Numbered from the stretch's first letter, positions 14,421 to 26,675 are shown. The stretch is 64,000 nt of DNA from Octopus bimaculoides (GCF_001194135.2 NC_068981.1:141721467-141785466); one strand, 5' to 3'. Made by a program: numbers and translations. Notes: generated from the sequence alone by a model not told the origin.

Positions 14421-14478
<58 letters not shown>
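14240..14478. repeat. (TTC)n followed by (TTA)n, running into a gap
   Basis: About 160 bp of near-pure TTC then TTA/TCA; gap 14479-15164. Confidence 0.95.
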
Positions 14479-15220
14479 NNNNNNNNNNNNNNNNNNNNNN
14501 NNNNNNNNNNNNNNNNNNNNNNNNNNNNNNNNNNNNNNNNNNNNNNNNNNNNNNNNNNNNNNNNNNNNNNNNNNNNNNNNNNNNNNNNNNNNNNNNNNNN
14601 NNNNNNNNNNNNNNNNNNNNNNNNNNNNNNNNNNNNNNNNNNNNNNNNNNNNNNNNNNNNNNNNNNNNNNNNNNNNNNNNNNNNNNNNNNNNNNNNNNNN
14701 NNNNNNNNNNNNNNNNNNNNNNNNNNNNNNNNNNNNNNNNNNNNNNNNNNNNNNNNNNNNNNNNNNNNNNNNNNNNNNNNNNNNNNNNNNNNNNNNNNNN
14801 NNNNNNNNNNNNNNNNNNNNNNNNNNNNNNNNNNNNNNNNNNNNNNNNNNNNNNNNNNNNNNNNNNNNNNNNNNNNNNNNNNNNNNNNNNNNNNNNNNNN
14901 NNNNNNNNNNNNNNNNNNNNNNNNNNNNNNNNNNNNNNNNNNNNNNNNNNNNNNNNNNNNNNNNNNNNNNNNNNNNNNNNNNNNNNNNNNNNNNNNNNNN
15001 NNNNNNNNNNNNNNNNNNNNNNNNNNNNNNNNNNNNNNNNNNNNNNNNNNNNNNNNNNNNNNNNNNNNNNNNNNNNNNNNNNNNNNNNNNNNNNNNNNNN
15101 NNNNNNNNNNNNNNNNNNNNNNNNNNNNNNNNNNNNNNNNNNNNNNNNNNNNNNNNNNNNNNNNCTACAGATTGAATGAGAAACAAACGTCAGAGAAAAT
15201 GAAGGATAGGGTCAGACTGA

Positions 15221-15301
<81 letters not shown>

Positions 15302-15305
<4 letters not shown>

Positions 15306-15820
15306 TAGTTTTATTTTTATAGCGTGCTTTCACTTCACTACCGAGCGCAGCTCTGTACGCCTTGGATATGTGCTGTGGTTTGCTGTGATGCTCTTACGGT
15401 TACTGTATTGAAAGTGTTTTGCGTAGGATGTGTGCAGTGCCCAGCAGTGCAATTTTCTGTATGTTATATATACATGTATGTCCTGATGTTTTTGCTATGT
15501 ATTTATCTGAATATTTTTTTATCACACCTAAGACGCCTACTATGATAGGAATTGCTTCTGTTTTTAGATTCAACATTGGAGTTACCTCTATTTCCAGGTC
15601 TTTGTATTTTGAAAATTTCTCCATCTCTTTTAGAGAAACGTTGTCATCTGCTGGTATTGATACATCAATTAGAAAGCATTTTTTCTTCATGATCTCTGAC
15701 AACTATATCTGGCCGTTAGCCTTAATTTCTCTATCTGTGTGTATTGACATATCCCAGTATCGCAGAGTATGGTAGATTTCTCGTTTTCTGTGACCTTTTC
15801 TGGCGTGTGCCTATACCATC

Positions 15821-15822
<2 letters not shown>
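15302..15822 (-). mobile_element. 5'-truncated R4/Dong-like non-LTR retrotransposon (restriction-like endonuclease domain plus 3' UTR) within (TAA)n
   Basis: The - strand gives RWYRHTPEKVTENEKSTIL..WDMSIHTDREIKA..PDIVV, then CFLIDVSIPADDNVSLKEMEKFSKYKDLEIE...IPIIVGVLG...IQKIALLGTAHILRKTL, the PD-(D/E)xK RLE C-terminus. (TAA)n lies on both sides. Confidence 0.9.
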
Positions 15823-15880
<58 letters not shown>

Positions 15881-16743
15881 TTGTATACATTAATATTTCT
15901 AGAAACAAAACTGAAGTGTTTAATAAAAATTTATCTAAATCTTTGTCCTTCATGATTCCGATAAAACTAAGAGAAAGAAGTTTCACTGGGATACAGCCAA
16001 AAATTACTGTCTTTAGCATGTACGCTATATTTTATAATAATGAAACGACAGAATCCCATCTTCGAAACGAAAGTATTGAAAATAATAGAAATCATTTTCG
16101 GCTGGAAATAACAATATATTTTCTGGAATGGCTTTTCTACAGACTGAATGAGAAACCAGCGTCAGAGAAAATGAAGGATAGGGTCAGACTGAAATAATAT
16201 ATTAATCATCATATCGTCAGTTCGCTGATGATTACGACTTTTTATCTCAATATTATAGATGAGATATTGTTTTGTGCTTTGTTTTGCTTGTAGTACTTCT
16301 TTCCTTCTTGACACTTTTACGCACCATAAATATCATCAAATTGCTCTCTAAGACAGACATCACGAGCTACCAATGTCAATAGAATGGTCTACAGTTATTG
16401 CATTACTTATGTGAATGTGTATATAGATATGTGTGTGTACGTGTGTGCGCGCGTGTCAGTATGTATACAGAAGTGTATAGAAAGATGTCCGCATACCGCA
16501 CTATGCAGACACTTTATAACATATAACTTAATATAAGTCATAAATATATAATGAATATGATGTGTTAGTAATGCATATAAACATATGTGTAACGAAAAGA
16601 TATGTTTGCCTGAGTGCTTATATGAACATTATACACATTCTTTAGTTATTCAATCTGTTGTACCCAACGTAGCTATGATCATAATGGAAAAGCGCCTTCA
16701 CATATACGCAGATGTTTGCTTATATGCATGCAAATACACACAT

Positions 16744-16822
<79 letters not shown>

Positions 16823-16919
16823 TATTTATAATTGCGTTACCAATTTTCACCCTCCGCAAAATCCTAAAGTTTATTTAATTTGCTTTGCAGGAGCAACTGT
16901 TTTATCGAAAGCGTATCTT

Positions 16920-17125
16920 GTTAAATGCCCGAAATACGACAGTAGAAAAACAGCCAACAACTGATGAAGGGTCATCTCTGTGTTGTCTGTCTTCTTGTTT
17001 TCCATTTGTGTCTTCCGTTGTTCGAAAAATAGTTCATATGCCATGTACTCGTACTTCGTATTTTTCGTTGTACACGTTTCTTGACGTCCTGTGCCCACAT
17101 ATGTATATACACATATATATATATT
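16920..17125 (+). mobile_element. Probable repeat relic carrying hammerhead-like core motifs
   Basis: atgccc-GAAA (16925-16934) ... CTGATGA-agggtcat (16961-16975), followed by a T-rich body ending in (TA)n. Repeat status is not confirmed within the window. Confidence 0.35.
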
Positions 17126-18018
17126 TTCCAGACAGCATGAAAATCGTAGAACGGTGTATACAATCTGAAAATCAATGCGGTCTTTCTCATTAAACATTTA
17201 AAATACACGCTGTAGAATGAGGAGGAGCTATACAGAATTAATTCATTATCATTTTCTCAGACATACGTATCAGTGACTACTACCAATGCCACTTTATACT
17301 TCATGCTTTCATACTTACAATCTTTCAATCCGATTATTCAGTTACATAACGGCAATGCTTCAACATAAGTCAATTATTCCTGGATGGACATGACTTATTC
17401 CCAGACGGCACAGTATAATGAGTTATATACCTACATGATTGTTATGTAATAGCCAATCTGTAACTGTAGAAACCGTTTCACTTGCCCACTAATGGCATTC
17501 CCTTGTACATCGATCAGCTTTCAAGTATAGTTAGAAACAGCTTCCCCATTCATTTACATTAAACAGAACAATAATAAATTGCTGGATATCTATGCTAGAG
17601 ACGTAGAGGAAACTCAGGCACAAATAATCTAAACAACTTCGAGTAAAATGAATTGTAGTTAACTTTACTAGACATTGTTTCCAAAAGAATCGAACGGGAA
17701 GGTTTTGTGTAACGGCAAACAAGTCTAGAAAAACAGAGTATAATATCACTTTCCAAAGTAGATTCATAAATGACATCAGTAAAGCACGATGTCATATAAT
17801 CACATAAAGCTGAAAGTATCCAAATTGTATTACAATTTGATGAAGATTACCAGGCGAAGTTACCAAGTGATTCAAGACATTTATTCAGTTCACTTGGTAA
17901 ATTTTTCTACATGAGAATCGGTGCTTGAATTACTATCTAAACAGTGCTAATTAAAACGAAATATATGCTTACATCTTTTGCTTTGAGATCTATTTAGTTT
18001 ATTCGTACTAATCAACCG

Positions 18019-18019
<1 letters not shown>

Positions 18020-18061
<42 letters not shown>

Positions 18062-18119
18062 TCTACACACACACACACACACACACATACACACACACAC
18101 GCACACTTACGCGCGCGCG

Positions 18120-18160
<41 letters not shown>
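18020..18160. repeat. Compound microsatellite (CTGT)n(CTAT)n(CA)n(CG)n(TA)n
   Basis: Direct reading. Confidence 0.95.
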
Positions 18161-18161
<1 letters not shown>

Positions 18162-19427
18162 AACAAATGGTAAATGAGTATATGCATATATACGTACAGG
18201 TATGTGCATACCGACATCCACTTGTATGTATAGGTGCATTANNNNNNNNNNNNNNNNNNNNNNNNNNNNNNNNNNNNNNNNNNNNNNNNNNNNNNNNNNN
18301 NNNNNNNNNNNNNNNNNNNNNNNNNNNNNNNNNNNNNNNNNNNNNNNNNNNNNNNNNNNNNNNNNNNNNNNNNNNNNNNNNNNNNNNNNNNNNNNNNNNN
18401 NNNNNNNNNNNNNNNNNNNNNNNNNNNNNNNNNNNNNNNNNNNNNNNNNNNNNNNNNNNNNNNNNNNNNNNNNNNNNNNNNNNNNNNNNNNNNNNNNNNN
18501 NNNNNNNNNNNNNNNNNNNNNNNNNNNNNNNNNNNNNNNNNNNNNNNNNNNNNNNNNNNNNNNNNNNNNNNNNNNNNNNNNNNNNNNNNNNNNNNNNNNN
18601 NNNNNNNNAGAGGGAGAAACAGAGGGAGGAAGTAGAAGAATAGGTGAGCAACGAGAGGAAAAGAGAAAGAGAGGAAATACGAGGGGGAAAAAGAGATACA
18701 GAGGAAGAACGAGAGGGGTAAAGCGAGATACGTAGTAGTACAGAGGAAGAACGAGGGGGGGAGGAAAGAGAAAGAGATAGAGTAGCGTCGGAGGATATGA
18801 GTTTACGAAAACTACTTACATTTGGAAGACGCTGCGTTCAATCATGTAAAAACAAATGGTAAATGAGTATATGCATATATACGTACAGGTATGTGCATAC
18901 CGACATCCACTTGTATGTATAGGTGCATTATATATATAGTTACGTACATGCCTACAGTAATACAGAAACACACAAACACACACACATATAGAGAAGACGA
19001 GGGACAGAGCGTAGAAATTAGTGTTTTCTACTCATGTCTACTGATTTGTATGTTGTATTGGCTCTATGCATGCGTAAGTTTTGTTATGTAGCAACTTGGC
19101 GATTACATGTCGATCCATGTAACAGCATTTAAGGACATGGCTAAATTTATAAGGGAAAGATTTAGGTGTAAATCCTCAGAAACGAATATATTCGTAATAT
19201 GGTTGTTTTTAATTGAATACGCCTATAAATTGGAAACAAGGGAATTGGAATAGTACTTAATATATATAAAGTTTATTGATGTTTAAGAAGTTTATTTTGA
19301 GATATCCTAATATTACCAACCATAATAACGATAAGAACCAGCCTGCCAGCTTGGATAGTTTTTGTAAGACAAAACAATATAATTGAGTTCGAATATGAAT
19401 ACATTATTAATACCTATAAGATACTAT

Positions 19428-19615
19428 AAGTGGCGAGCTGGTAGAATACTTATCATTTTGGCCATTTTTTTACGTTCTGAGTTCAAATTACGCCGAGGTC
19501 TACTTTAACTTTCATCCTATTAGGGTCGATAAAATATGTACCAGATGATCAGTGAGTTCAATGTAATCGACTCATTCCCTCCCTCAAAATCACTAGCCTT
19601 TTCCCAAAAATTAAA
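19428..19615 (+). mobile_element. SINE family A copy with internal deletion
   Basis: tggcgagctggtagaat head, ttctgagttcaaattacgccgaggtc, aatgtaatcgactc. Confidence 0.75.
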
Positions 19616-20479
19616 CGAATACTTTTATGTGACAATACTAATAATTTTCTACACAGATAAATATAATCTTCCTCTGATAAAGGCTCACTATCATTTGGGT
19701 GTAAATAATTTGTTGTCTTTTTAATGGAGAGGTTAAATTTTATGTTCTAAAAATGTATAATTAGTATTTTAAATTACTGCACACGTGTATGCTATTGTAT
19801 CTCTGAAAAGAGAAAGAAAAATTGAACGCGATACACTCAAATGCTGGTTTGCTAAAATTAAGATGGAGAAAATACTCAATACATGATGTAGATTATATTT
19901 ATTTACACAGAATTATTTTTCTCGCGGGAACAAAAATCACTTTAAATAAGCTATATATAAATATGTGCATATGTGAGTAATTGTAAGTGTGTGAACATGT
20001 TCTGTTTTCTTGGTTGTGAGGAGATGGTGAGTAAAGAAGATGGGTTTCCAAGTCCAGTGTGTTGTTTTTTTTAACGTGCGTGTATGTATGGCCGGGCATG
20101 TGTGTGGTGTATGTGTGCGTGTGTGCAAAACCTTTTGTAAGCGTTATCGTAAGCCTCATGTCAAAAGTTTACTTTGGATCTATTTACTTACAAAAATACA
20201 TAGGAGATTAAATTGCAACACGTTGTGAAAACATTGGCAACTTACAGCATACAGTAGGGAAACCAAACATCAACAGAACAGCAACATCTTTATGCTTGAA
20301 GTAACATGCCTGAAGGAATTGATTGTGAAACGTTAAGGTTTCAAATTACGTTTTTTCTAATTGTTTATTGTAAAAAGCGTTTAAATGGTGTCTAAGCGAA
20401 TAATGAATGTTGTGAAAATCGTAAAGCGGATAATAGCCTAACAAATAGTCAAAGAACATTTATCTGTATAAGTATGCAT

Positions 20480-21828
20480 GTATGTTTGTAGTAGACGCGA
20501 ATGCTTAAGAAATATTTCCACAATCACGACGAGCCGGTTTCGATAATATGTTGTTGAATTGGTGTGTTAGTAAAATTCTCGAAATGTACTCCTACGTGTG
20601 TGCATCTATTCACTTAAGGAACCTCAGATGGAAATCCTTTGGAATATCTTACATGTGCCACTAATAGATTGTATTTGGAGAAAACGCTTCAGTTTCTTTT
20701 GCTCTTTCTTCGCAAAACCTAGTATTTCTTGGCTTTTGCGTAAATTTGTTGTTACATAACAATGCACCTATGCCGATAGGTACAAATGAGAATTCATATA
20801 CAAGGTCCAAGAGCTGTAAGCTCCGTATTAACTTACCATAAATATTCTTTTCTCCGGACTTTTGATTGCACTTTCACATTCACTGAACCACTGACTTCTA
20901 CAACAGTGCATGACTTTTCTTCCCTGCACAGAGAATAATATCAGGTCTCTGATGTTTGCATCTAATTGATATTTTTATTGGAATGTTATCCCCGTATTCC
21001 TTGTTTTTAAAGGTGTGAATACTTGCTGGTTTTGACATGCTTTTGATGTATACGTCAGGTCAATCATTCATCCGGATAGCATTGTAAATAGTCTGCTCCG
21101 AGGCAGATAGTATCGAGTAGACATTTTGGAGCAGCTGCTGATGTTTTTTGTGATATCATTCGCATTGATATAGCTGAGCCGACATATTTTAATCACAATA
21201 TCGAGTTTTGGTGATATCTTTATCCCCCTTGTTAATCAGATATTAAGTAGCTGTCTCCTGTTCTTGGAAAGCGAATGCTTATCTTTTTAGGTAGTATGTA
21301 ATATATTTATCAATTACAGGTCCAGGAGAGGCTACTCTTCCTGTCAATGCATTGCCTTTTGCTGGTGTGATGATTGGTTCACCTCCAAGCTTCTGTTTAA
21401 GCAGCCCAGTCAAATTTCCTTTGCGTCATAAGAGACAGCTGTATTGTAGGAGTACCTCCAAAATAGTTCTTCTCTAACTCTGAAAATGCTTTTCGTATCA
21501 CATCTGATTTTGAATGGAATGTACATTTCTTCCTTTACTGTTCGGCATGTATATTCTAAGTGATACAATGCGATATTCAAAGGCTATTTGGACTGCCTCT
21601 ACTACCGTCACTTCTTCTCACACGGATCCTATCGATGTGGAAGTGACCAGTGGTGGTCTGTACCGTTCTGATTTTCAGATCCAGGCTGCGCATCTCATCG
21701 AGTAACCAGTACAATATCCCAAATGTTGGTACACACATTGGAACTACAAAAGCATTGCGAGACATGGTCATGGTAAATGCAGGCAGCTCTGATTTCCATA
21801 TTTTCCAGAGTCTACTGCAGTACTCTTA
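20480..21828 (-). mobile_element. Degraded RLE-type (R4/Dong-like) non-LTR retrotransposon, 3' 1.35 kb; second family
   Basis: The - strand, with stops and frameshifts, gives EYCSRLWKIWKSEL..NAFVVP..PTFGILYW..DEMRSLDLKIR..IDRIRVRRSDGSRG (post-RT region), FAFQEQE, a decayed CCHC knuckle (CRLS..DIT.NISSCSKMSTRYYLP), and RPDII..CTVVEVS..YGKLIRSLQLL..FVPIGIGAL (endonuclease). Flanked by ATGT/ATGC repeats. Confidence 0.85.
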
Positions 21829-22341
21829 TAGTATGTATGTATGTATGCATGCATGTAAGCGTGTATGCATGTATGTATGCATGCATGTGTACATGCATGC
21901 ATGTGTGCATGCATGCATATACGTATGTATTTAAATATAGGCGGTATCAAAAAGTTCTCGGACTAGTTCTGTAGCGTACGAACAGATAGCAGCATACAAC
22001 AGCATGCACAATGAGAGCTAACAATGACCTTCATGCGGTGGTGTGCCAAGTGACATCGATGTGTTTACTGCATAACTTGTGAAATTTTTGCTTTTCTGCT
22101 TTTCACGTTTAGGCTATAGTCTACGATTTTGTTATGGATAGGAAGTTGGAACAAAGATCGACATGAAATTTTGCGTTAAACATAGAAGGTCTTCTACAGA
22201 CACACTGAGCATGCTTGGGCAAGCTTAGAGCGATGAGGCAGTGAGTCGTACGCAATCTTTCGAGAGCCACGGGCATTTCAAAAGTGAAAGAACATCCTTG
22301 GAAGACGATGAGCGATCTGGAAGAATTGCCATGAGCGTCAA

Positions 22342-22690
22342 CATACATACATACATATATACATATATACATACATACATACATACATACGTACATGGTG
22401 GCTTCCCCCTCGTTATCGAGTATGGCCATTGCACGAAGCTTAACTTAACGGTGCTGTGATCGAATGTGAATTTTTAGCCCAGCCAAAGATCTACAATGTC
22501 TTGCACAGAGTTGGCATCCAAAACCTTTATTGGCAATAGCTGGCTGTTGTTGTACCTTTGCGTCTCGTTTAAGTCCTCCTGCTGAATCACACTCCCTTCC
22601 ACATGCCCGACAGACATGATTAGTATGGTGTGTAGCATCATCACCAGCGGCCTGGTAGTAAATCATCGGTCTTGCCTTATGACTACGAAG
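22342..22690 (-). mobile_element. 3' fragment of an RTE-like LINE with an (ATGT)n tail, inside the mariner
   Basis: The - ORF has two C2H2-like motifs, HVCRACGRECDSAGGLKR and FGCQLCARHCRSLAGLKIHIRSQH, as in RTE-clade C-termini, then a short UTR and a microsatellite tail. Confidence 0.65.
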
Positions 22691-22889
22691 ATGACTCATA
22701 AGCCCAGTTTTACTGCGACGTTTCGAAGTGTTCGAGGGAAGATTTTTGACAAAAGCAACCCGATCTGTGGAGCGCGAAGAATTTGGATTTTTAACCGATC
22801 TCTCCTCACTCGTAAGTTTCTCGCGAAAAGCAACATGATATCGCTACCATACCCGCCCTATTTGCCAGATTTAGGACTTATGGACTTCT

Positions 22890-23124
22890 TATTACTTTAT
22901 TTTCCGCAAGGGGCCAAACATAGAGGGGGACAAACGAGGACAGACAAAGGGATTAAGTCGATTACATCGACTCCAGTACAATACTGGTACTTAATTTATC
23001 GACCTCCGAAAGGATGAAAGGCAAAGTCGACCTCGGCGGAATTTGAACTCAGAACGTAACGGCAGACGAAATACCGCTAAGCATTTCGCCCGGCATGCTA
23101 ACGTTTCTCTCAGCTCACCGCCTT
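22890..23124 (-). mobile_element. SINE family A, well preserved, with a 19-bp TSD
   Basis: TSD ttaggacttatggacttct at 22871-22889 and 23132-23150; it interrupts the mariner just at the YSPDL/DF motif. Confidence 0.92.
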
Positions 23125-24019
23125 ATGGACTTTAGGACTTATGGACTTCTGTCTTTCCCTCAAGAGAAAGTGCATCTTAATGGATACCGTTTTAACACCA
23201 TTGTTGAGATCCAGAATGCATAAGGTCCCCGACTTGCTTACGGAAAACGACTTCCAGCCTAGATTCCAAAAGTGGCAGGGACACTGGGAGTATTGCTGCG
23301 CAAGGTGACTATTTCGATGATGTTAATATATAGGCAAATAAATTATATCTATTAAACATAACTAGTCTGGGAAACTTTTGATACCGCCTTATATACACCT
23401 TTTTTATGTGTTTGAATTTCAGTTTAAAAGCTTACATGCGCTTTTACAGTTTGTATATTTGTATAGGGCAATGCCATAACCGAGTGTTTAAGAAACTGGA
23501 TTCGAAATCATGATATATTGGATTGATCCTTCTTATGAAATTAAAATATGGTTTACACAACTACTGTATGAGAACACATAGATGAACTCGACCTAAAACT
23601 TAAACTGCCAGAGTAATCTCACATAGATTCTGAGTTTCAATTTATAGACACCTGTCTCTAGGAATACAAAAATACATGCGCTATAAGTACAATGAAAACC
23701 AATTATAACTCCCTTCCGCTGATCTGTTTTCAAGCGAATAGCTTCAGTATTTAGTTTAACTAATTTTATTAGCAAGTATGCATGTGTTGATACTGAGAAC
23801 ATTTTTCAGTGATGTAATGGTTTATTTAATTTCCTTCTAATTTCTGCATTAGAATGTTGTTACCGTCTTTATTCGCTCCCTGAAATCTAATGTTACTGTA
23901 CTTCTTTCAGTTCTGAAGCAAGAGCCTCTAACTCAAAAATGCACACGCTTTCAAGTGAACACGTTTTCAAACGTATAAACAGACACAAACACATGCTTTA
24001 ACACGTACACGCTTTGACA

Positions 24020-24064
24020 AGCGCACACACACACACACACACATACACATGCACACACACTCAC

Positions 24065-24147
<83 letters not shown>

Positions 24148-24175
24148 CACAAACACACACACAAACACGATTTCA
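24020..24175. repeat. (CA)n microsatellite
   Basis: Direct reading. Confidence 0.95.
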
Positions 24176-24461
24176 CCAGTACACACATTCACATACAGAG
24201 ACTAACAGAAACTAAAAATTGTATATACATATGAACATTCGAATGAGCGTGTGTATATATGAATAAGTGTCTATATGTGTATATGTATATATGGCCACAA
24301 AAATACATATATGTATATACATATATAAACATACATATATGTATGTGTGTGTGCGTGCGTGTACGCATATGTAAATATGATTACACATTTTTATATGCGC
24401 ATATGTTTGTATGTGTATATATCCATCTATCTATAGTTATCTCTCTCTCTCTTTTTTTTTC

Positions 24462-24493
<32 letters not shown>

Positions 24494-24758
24494 NNNNNNN
24501 NNNNNNNNNNNNNNNNNNNNNNNNNNNNNNNNNNNNNNNNNNNNNNNNNNNNNNNNNNNNNNNNNNNNNNNNNNNNNNNNNNNNNNNNNNNNNNNNNNNN
24601 NNNNNNNNNNNNNNNNNNNNNNNNNNNNNNNNNNNNNNNNNNNNNNNNNNNNNNNNNNNNNNNNNNNNNNNNNNNATATGTATAGATATATATGTATATA
24701 TGTGTGTATATATTTTCAGAAATATATTTGCATACACACAGTCTCAAACATATGCACA

Positions 24759-24801
<43 letters not shown>

Positions 24802-25397
24802 GCAAACACAGAAATATGATCATAGACTTACACGATCAAAATAAGCTAAGTGGTTTTAAGAGCCATTTAAAATTGCACAAACGAAATCTCCACACATATA
24901 CGCACACAAACACCACGCGCGCGCGCGCTTGGTGCCATGCATCTTGTTTACTCTGTCTGTTTCCACCCTCTCTTTATCTGCTCTCAGTCTGTTGGATTCT
25001 TATTACAATATCCTCTACTTCTCTAATCTCGCTTCATTCTGACCCTCGCGGCTCAGAATTTAATGTCCTCTCCTCAGCTCTGCTGAATTTCAATTCGCAT
25101 ATCTTGCATTTAACGCTACTCTAAAGATGTAGGATGTTCTAAGTCTTCTGCTCTATTCTGCAGCATTCTTTAGTACTAAAAATTTTAATGCTAAACCTTC
25201 ACTATCAAACTATTAATGTGACTTTTTGTTAACTTGCAGTTGCTAATGTGCGCTATAACTCTTTCTGTGTTTGCTTGAGTAACAAGTGCCTGTTGCAAGT
25301 CCATTAGTAAAATCCTTGTAGAGAATCATTAGATATTTTCTATAGTCATATACTGAAACACGACTGTATAGTAATACAAGTTCACATATTTTCTACG

Positions 25398-26285
25398 AGG
25401 GTGTATGTGCTAAGAAGTTTGCTTCCTAACCCCATGGCTCAAGGTTCATTACCACTGCGTAGTACCTTGGGCAAGTATCATATACTATAGCATCGGGCCG
25501 ACTTGAGAGTAGATTTGGTACCCGGAAACTGAAAGAAGCCCATCGTCGGTAACTACACAAGTGCTGTTGGCGATTTCTTTTCCTTCTATGGACTTTTTTC
25601 TTCCTTCTTTCCAACGAAGAGTTATGCTCGAAACATCACACTCACTCTTTTCACCGAGCGTCAAGGTAGAACTTTCTTGTGCACGTCCTATTTTTGTTCG
25701 TTCATTTTATTATTCGTGTATTTAAATTGACTATATATNNNNNNNNNNNNNNNNNNNNNNNNNNNNNNNNNNNNNNNNNNNNNNNNNNNNNNNNNNNNNN
25801 NNNNNNNNNNNNNNNNNNNNNNNNNNNNNNNNNNNNNNNNNNNNNNNNNNNNNNNNNNNNNNNNNNNNNNNNNNNNNNNNNNNNNNNNNNNNNNNNNNNN
25901 NNNNNNNNNNNNNNNNNNNNNNNNNNNNNNNNNNNNNNNNNNNNNNNNNNNNNNNNNNNNNNNNNNNNNNNNNNNNNNNNNNNNNNNNNNNNNNNNNNNN
26001 NNNNNNNNNNNNNNNNNNNNNNNNNNNNNNNNNNNNNNNNNNNNNNNNNNNNNNNNNNNNNNNNNNNNNNNNNNNNNNNNNNNNNNNNNNNNATATATAT
26101 ATATATATATATATATATAGCTTGACCGACTGATGTTGGTATGTCTACGTCGCCGTAACTTACTGGTGTGACAAAAATGCCGATAAAATAAGAACTCGGT
26201 TTAACAAATAAAGTACAGGGTCGATGTATTCGACTAGAAACCTCTTCAAGCATGGCCGCAGTCTAAGAACTGAAAGAAATGAAAC
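25398..26285 (+). mobile_element. SINE family B copy with an internal insertion and a gap
   Basis: Head ccactgcgtagtaccttgggcaag...ggaaactgaaagaagccc; insert at about 25551-25738; 3' half ccgtaactta...cagcatggccgcagtc. Confidence 0.75.
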
Positions 26286-26675
26286 GAAAAAAAAGATTAT
26301 TGCTTATATTAGCTAATGTGGCTGATCTACATAAAATAGTAAGCTGCAATTTGAGGGAGATATCGTTGTTGCTTCTAGTATGTCTGTAGTCGCACTGTAG
26401 TATTTAGAGTGGGCATGTTTGACTGTTTAGAATTTATTCAGTTTGGAATTATTTGACAAGTGACGTCTGTAACGCAGGCTTGTCTACCTCACGACCTGAC
26501 ATAGACAGAAAGTCTGTTTTAAGTATGACTTTTTTTTACCCCGAAATTTTATTGAGTGAACAGTTATTTTCTGCATGGCTTCCTCTACTGGAAAAGCAGT
26601 AGGCTTTATTCAGAGGAAGCGCATTAAATACTAAATGAACACATTCGTAAGCAAATAGTCATTTAATTTCAAATG

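Larger units (their letters stand above)
21936..23394 (+). mobile_element. Mariner transposon relic with both TIRs and nested insertions
   Basis: TIRs (ta)ggcggtatcaaaaagttctcggactagtt and aactagtctgggaaacttttgataccgcct(ta) in a TA context. Transposase remnants KLEQRSTMKFCVK..SRTQSFE..SLEDDERSGR, KFLAKSNMISLPYPPYLPDL..MDF (decayed YSPDL motif) and LTENDFQPRFQKWQ. Confidence 0.92.
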
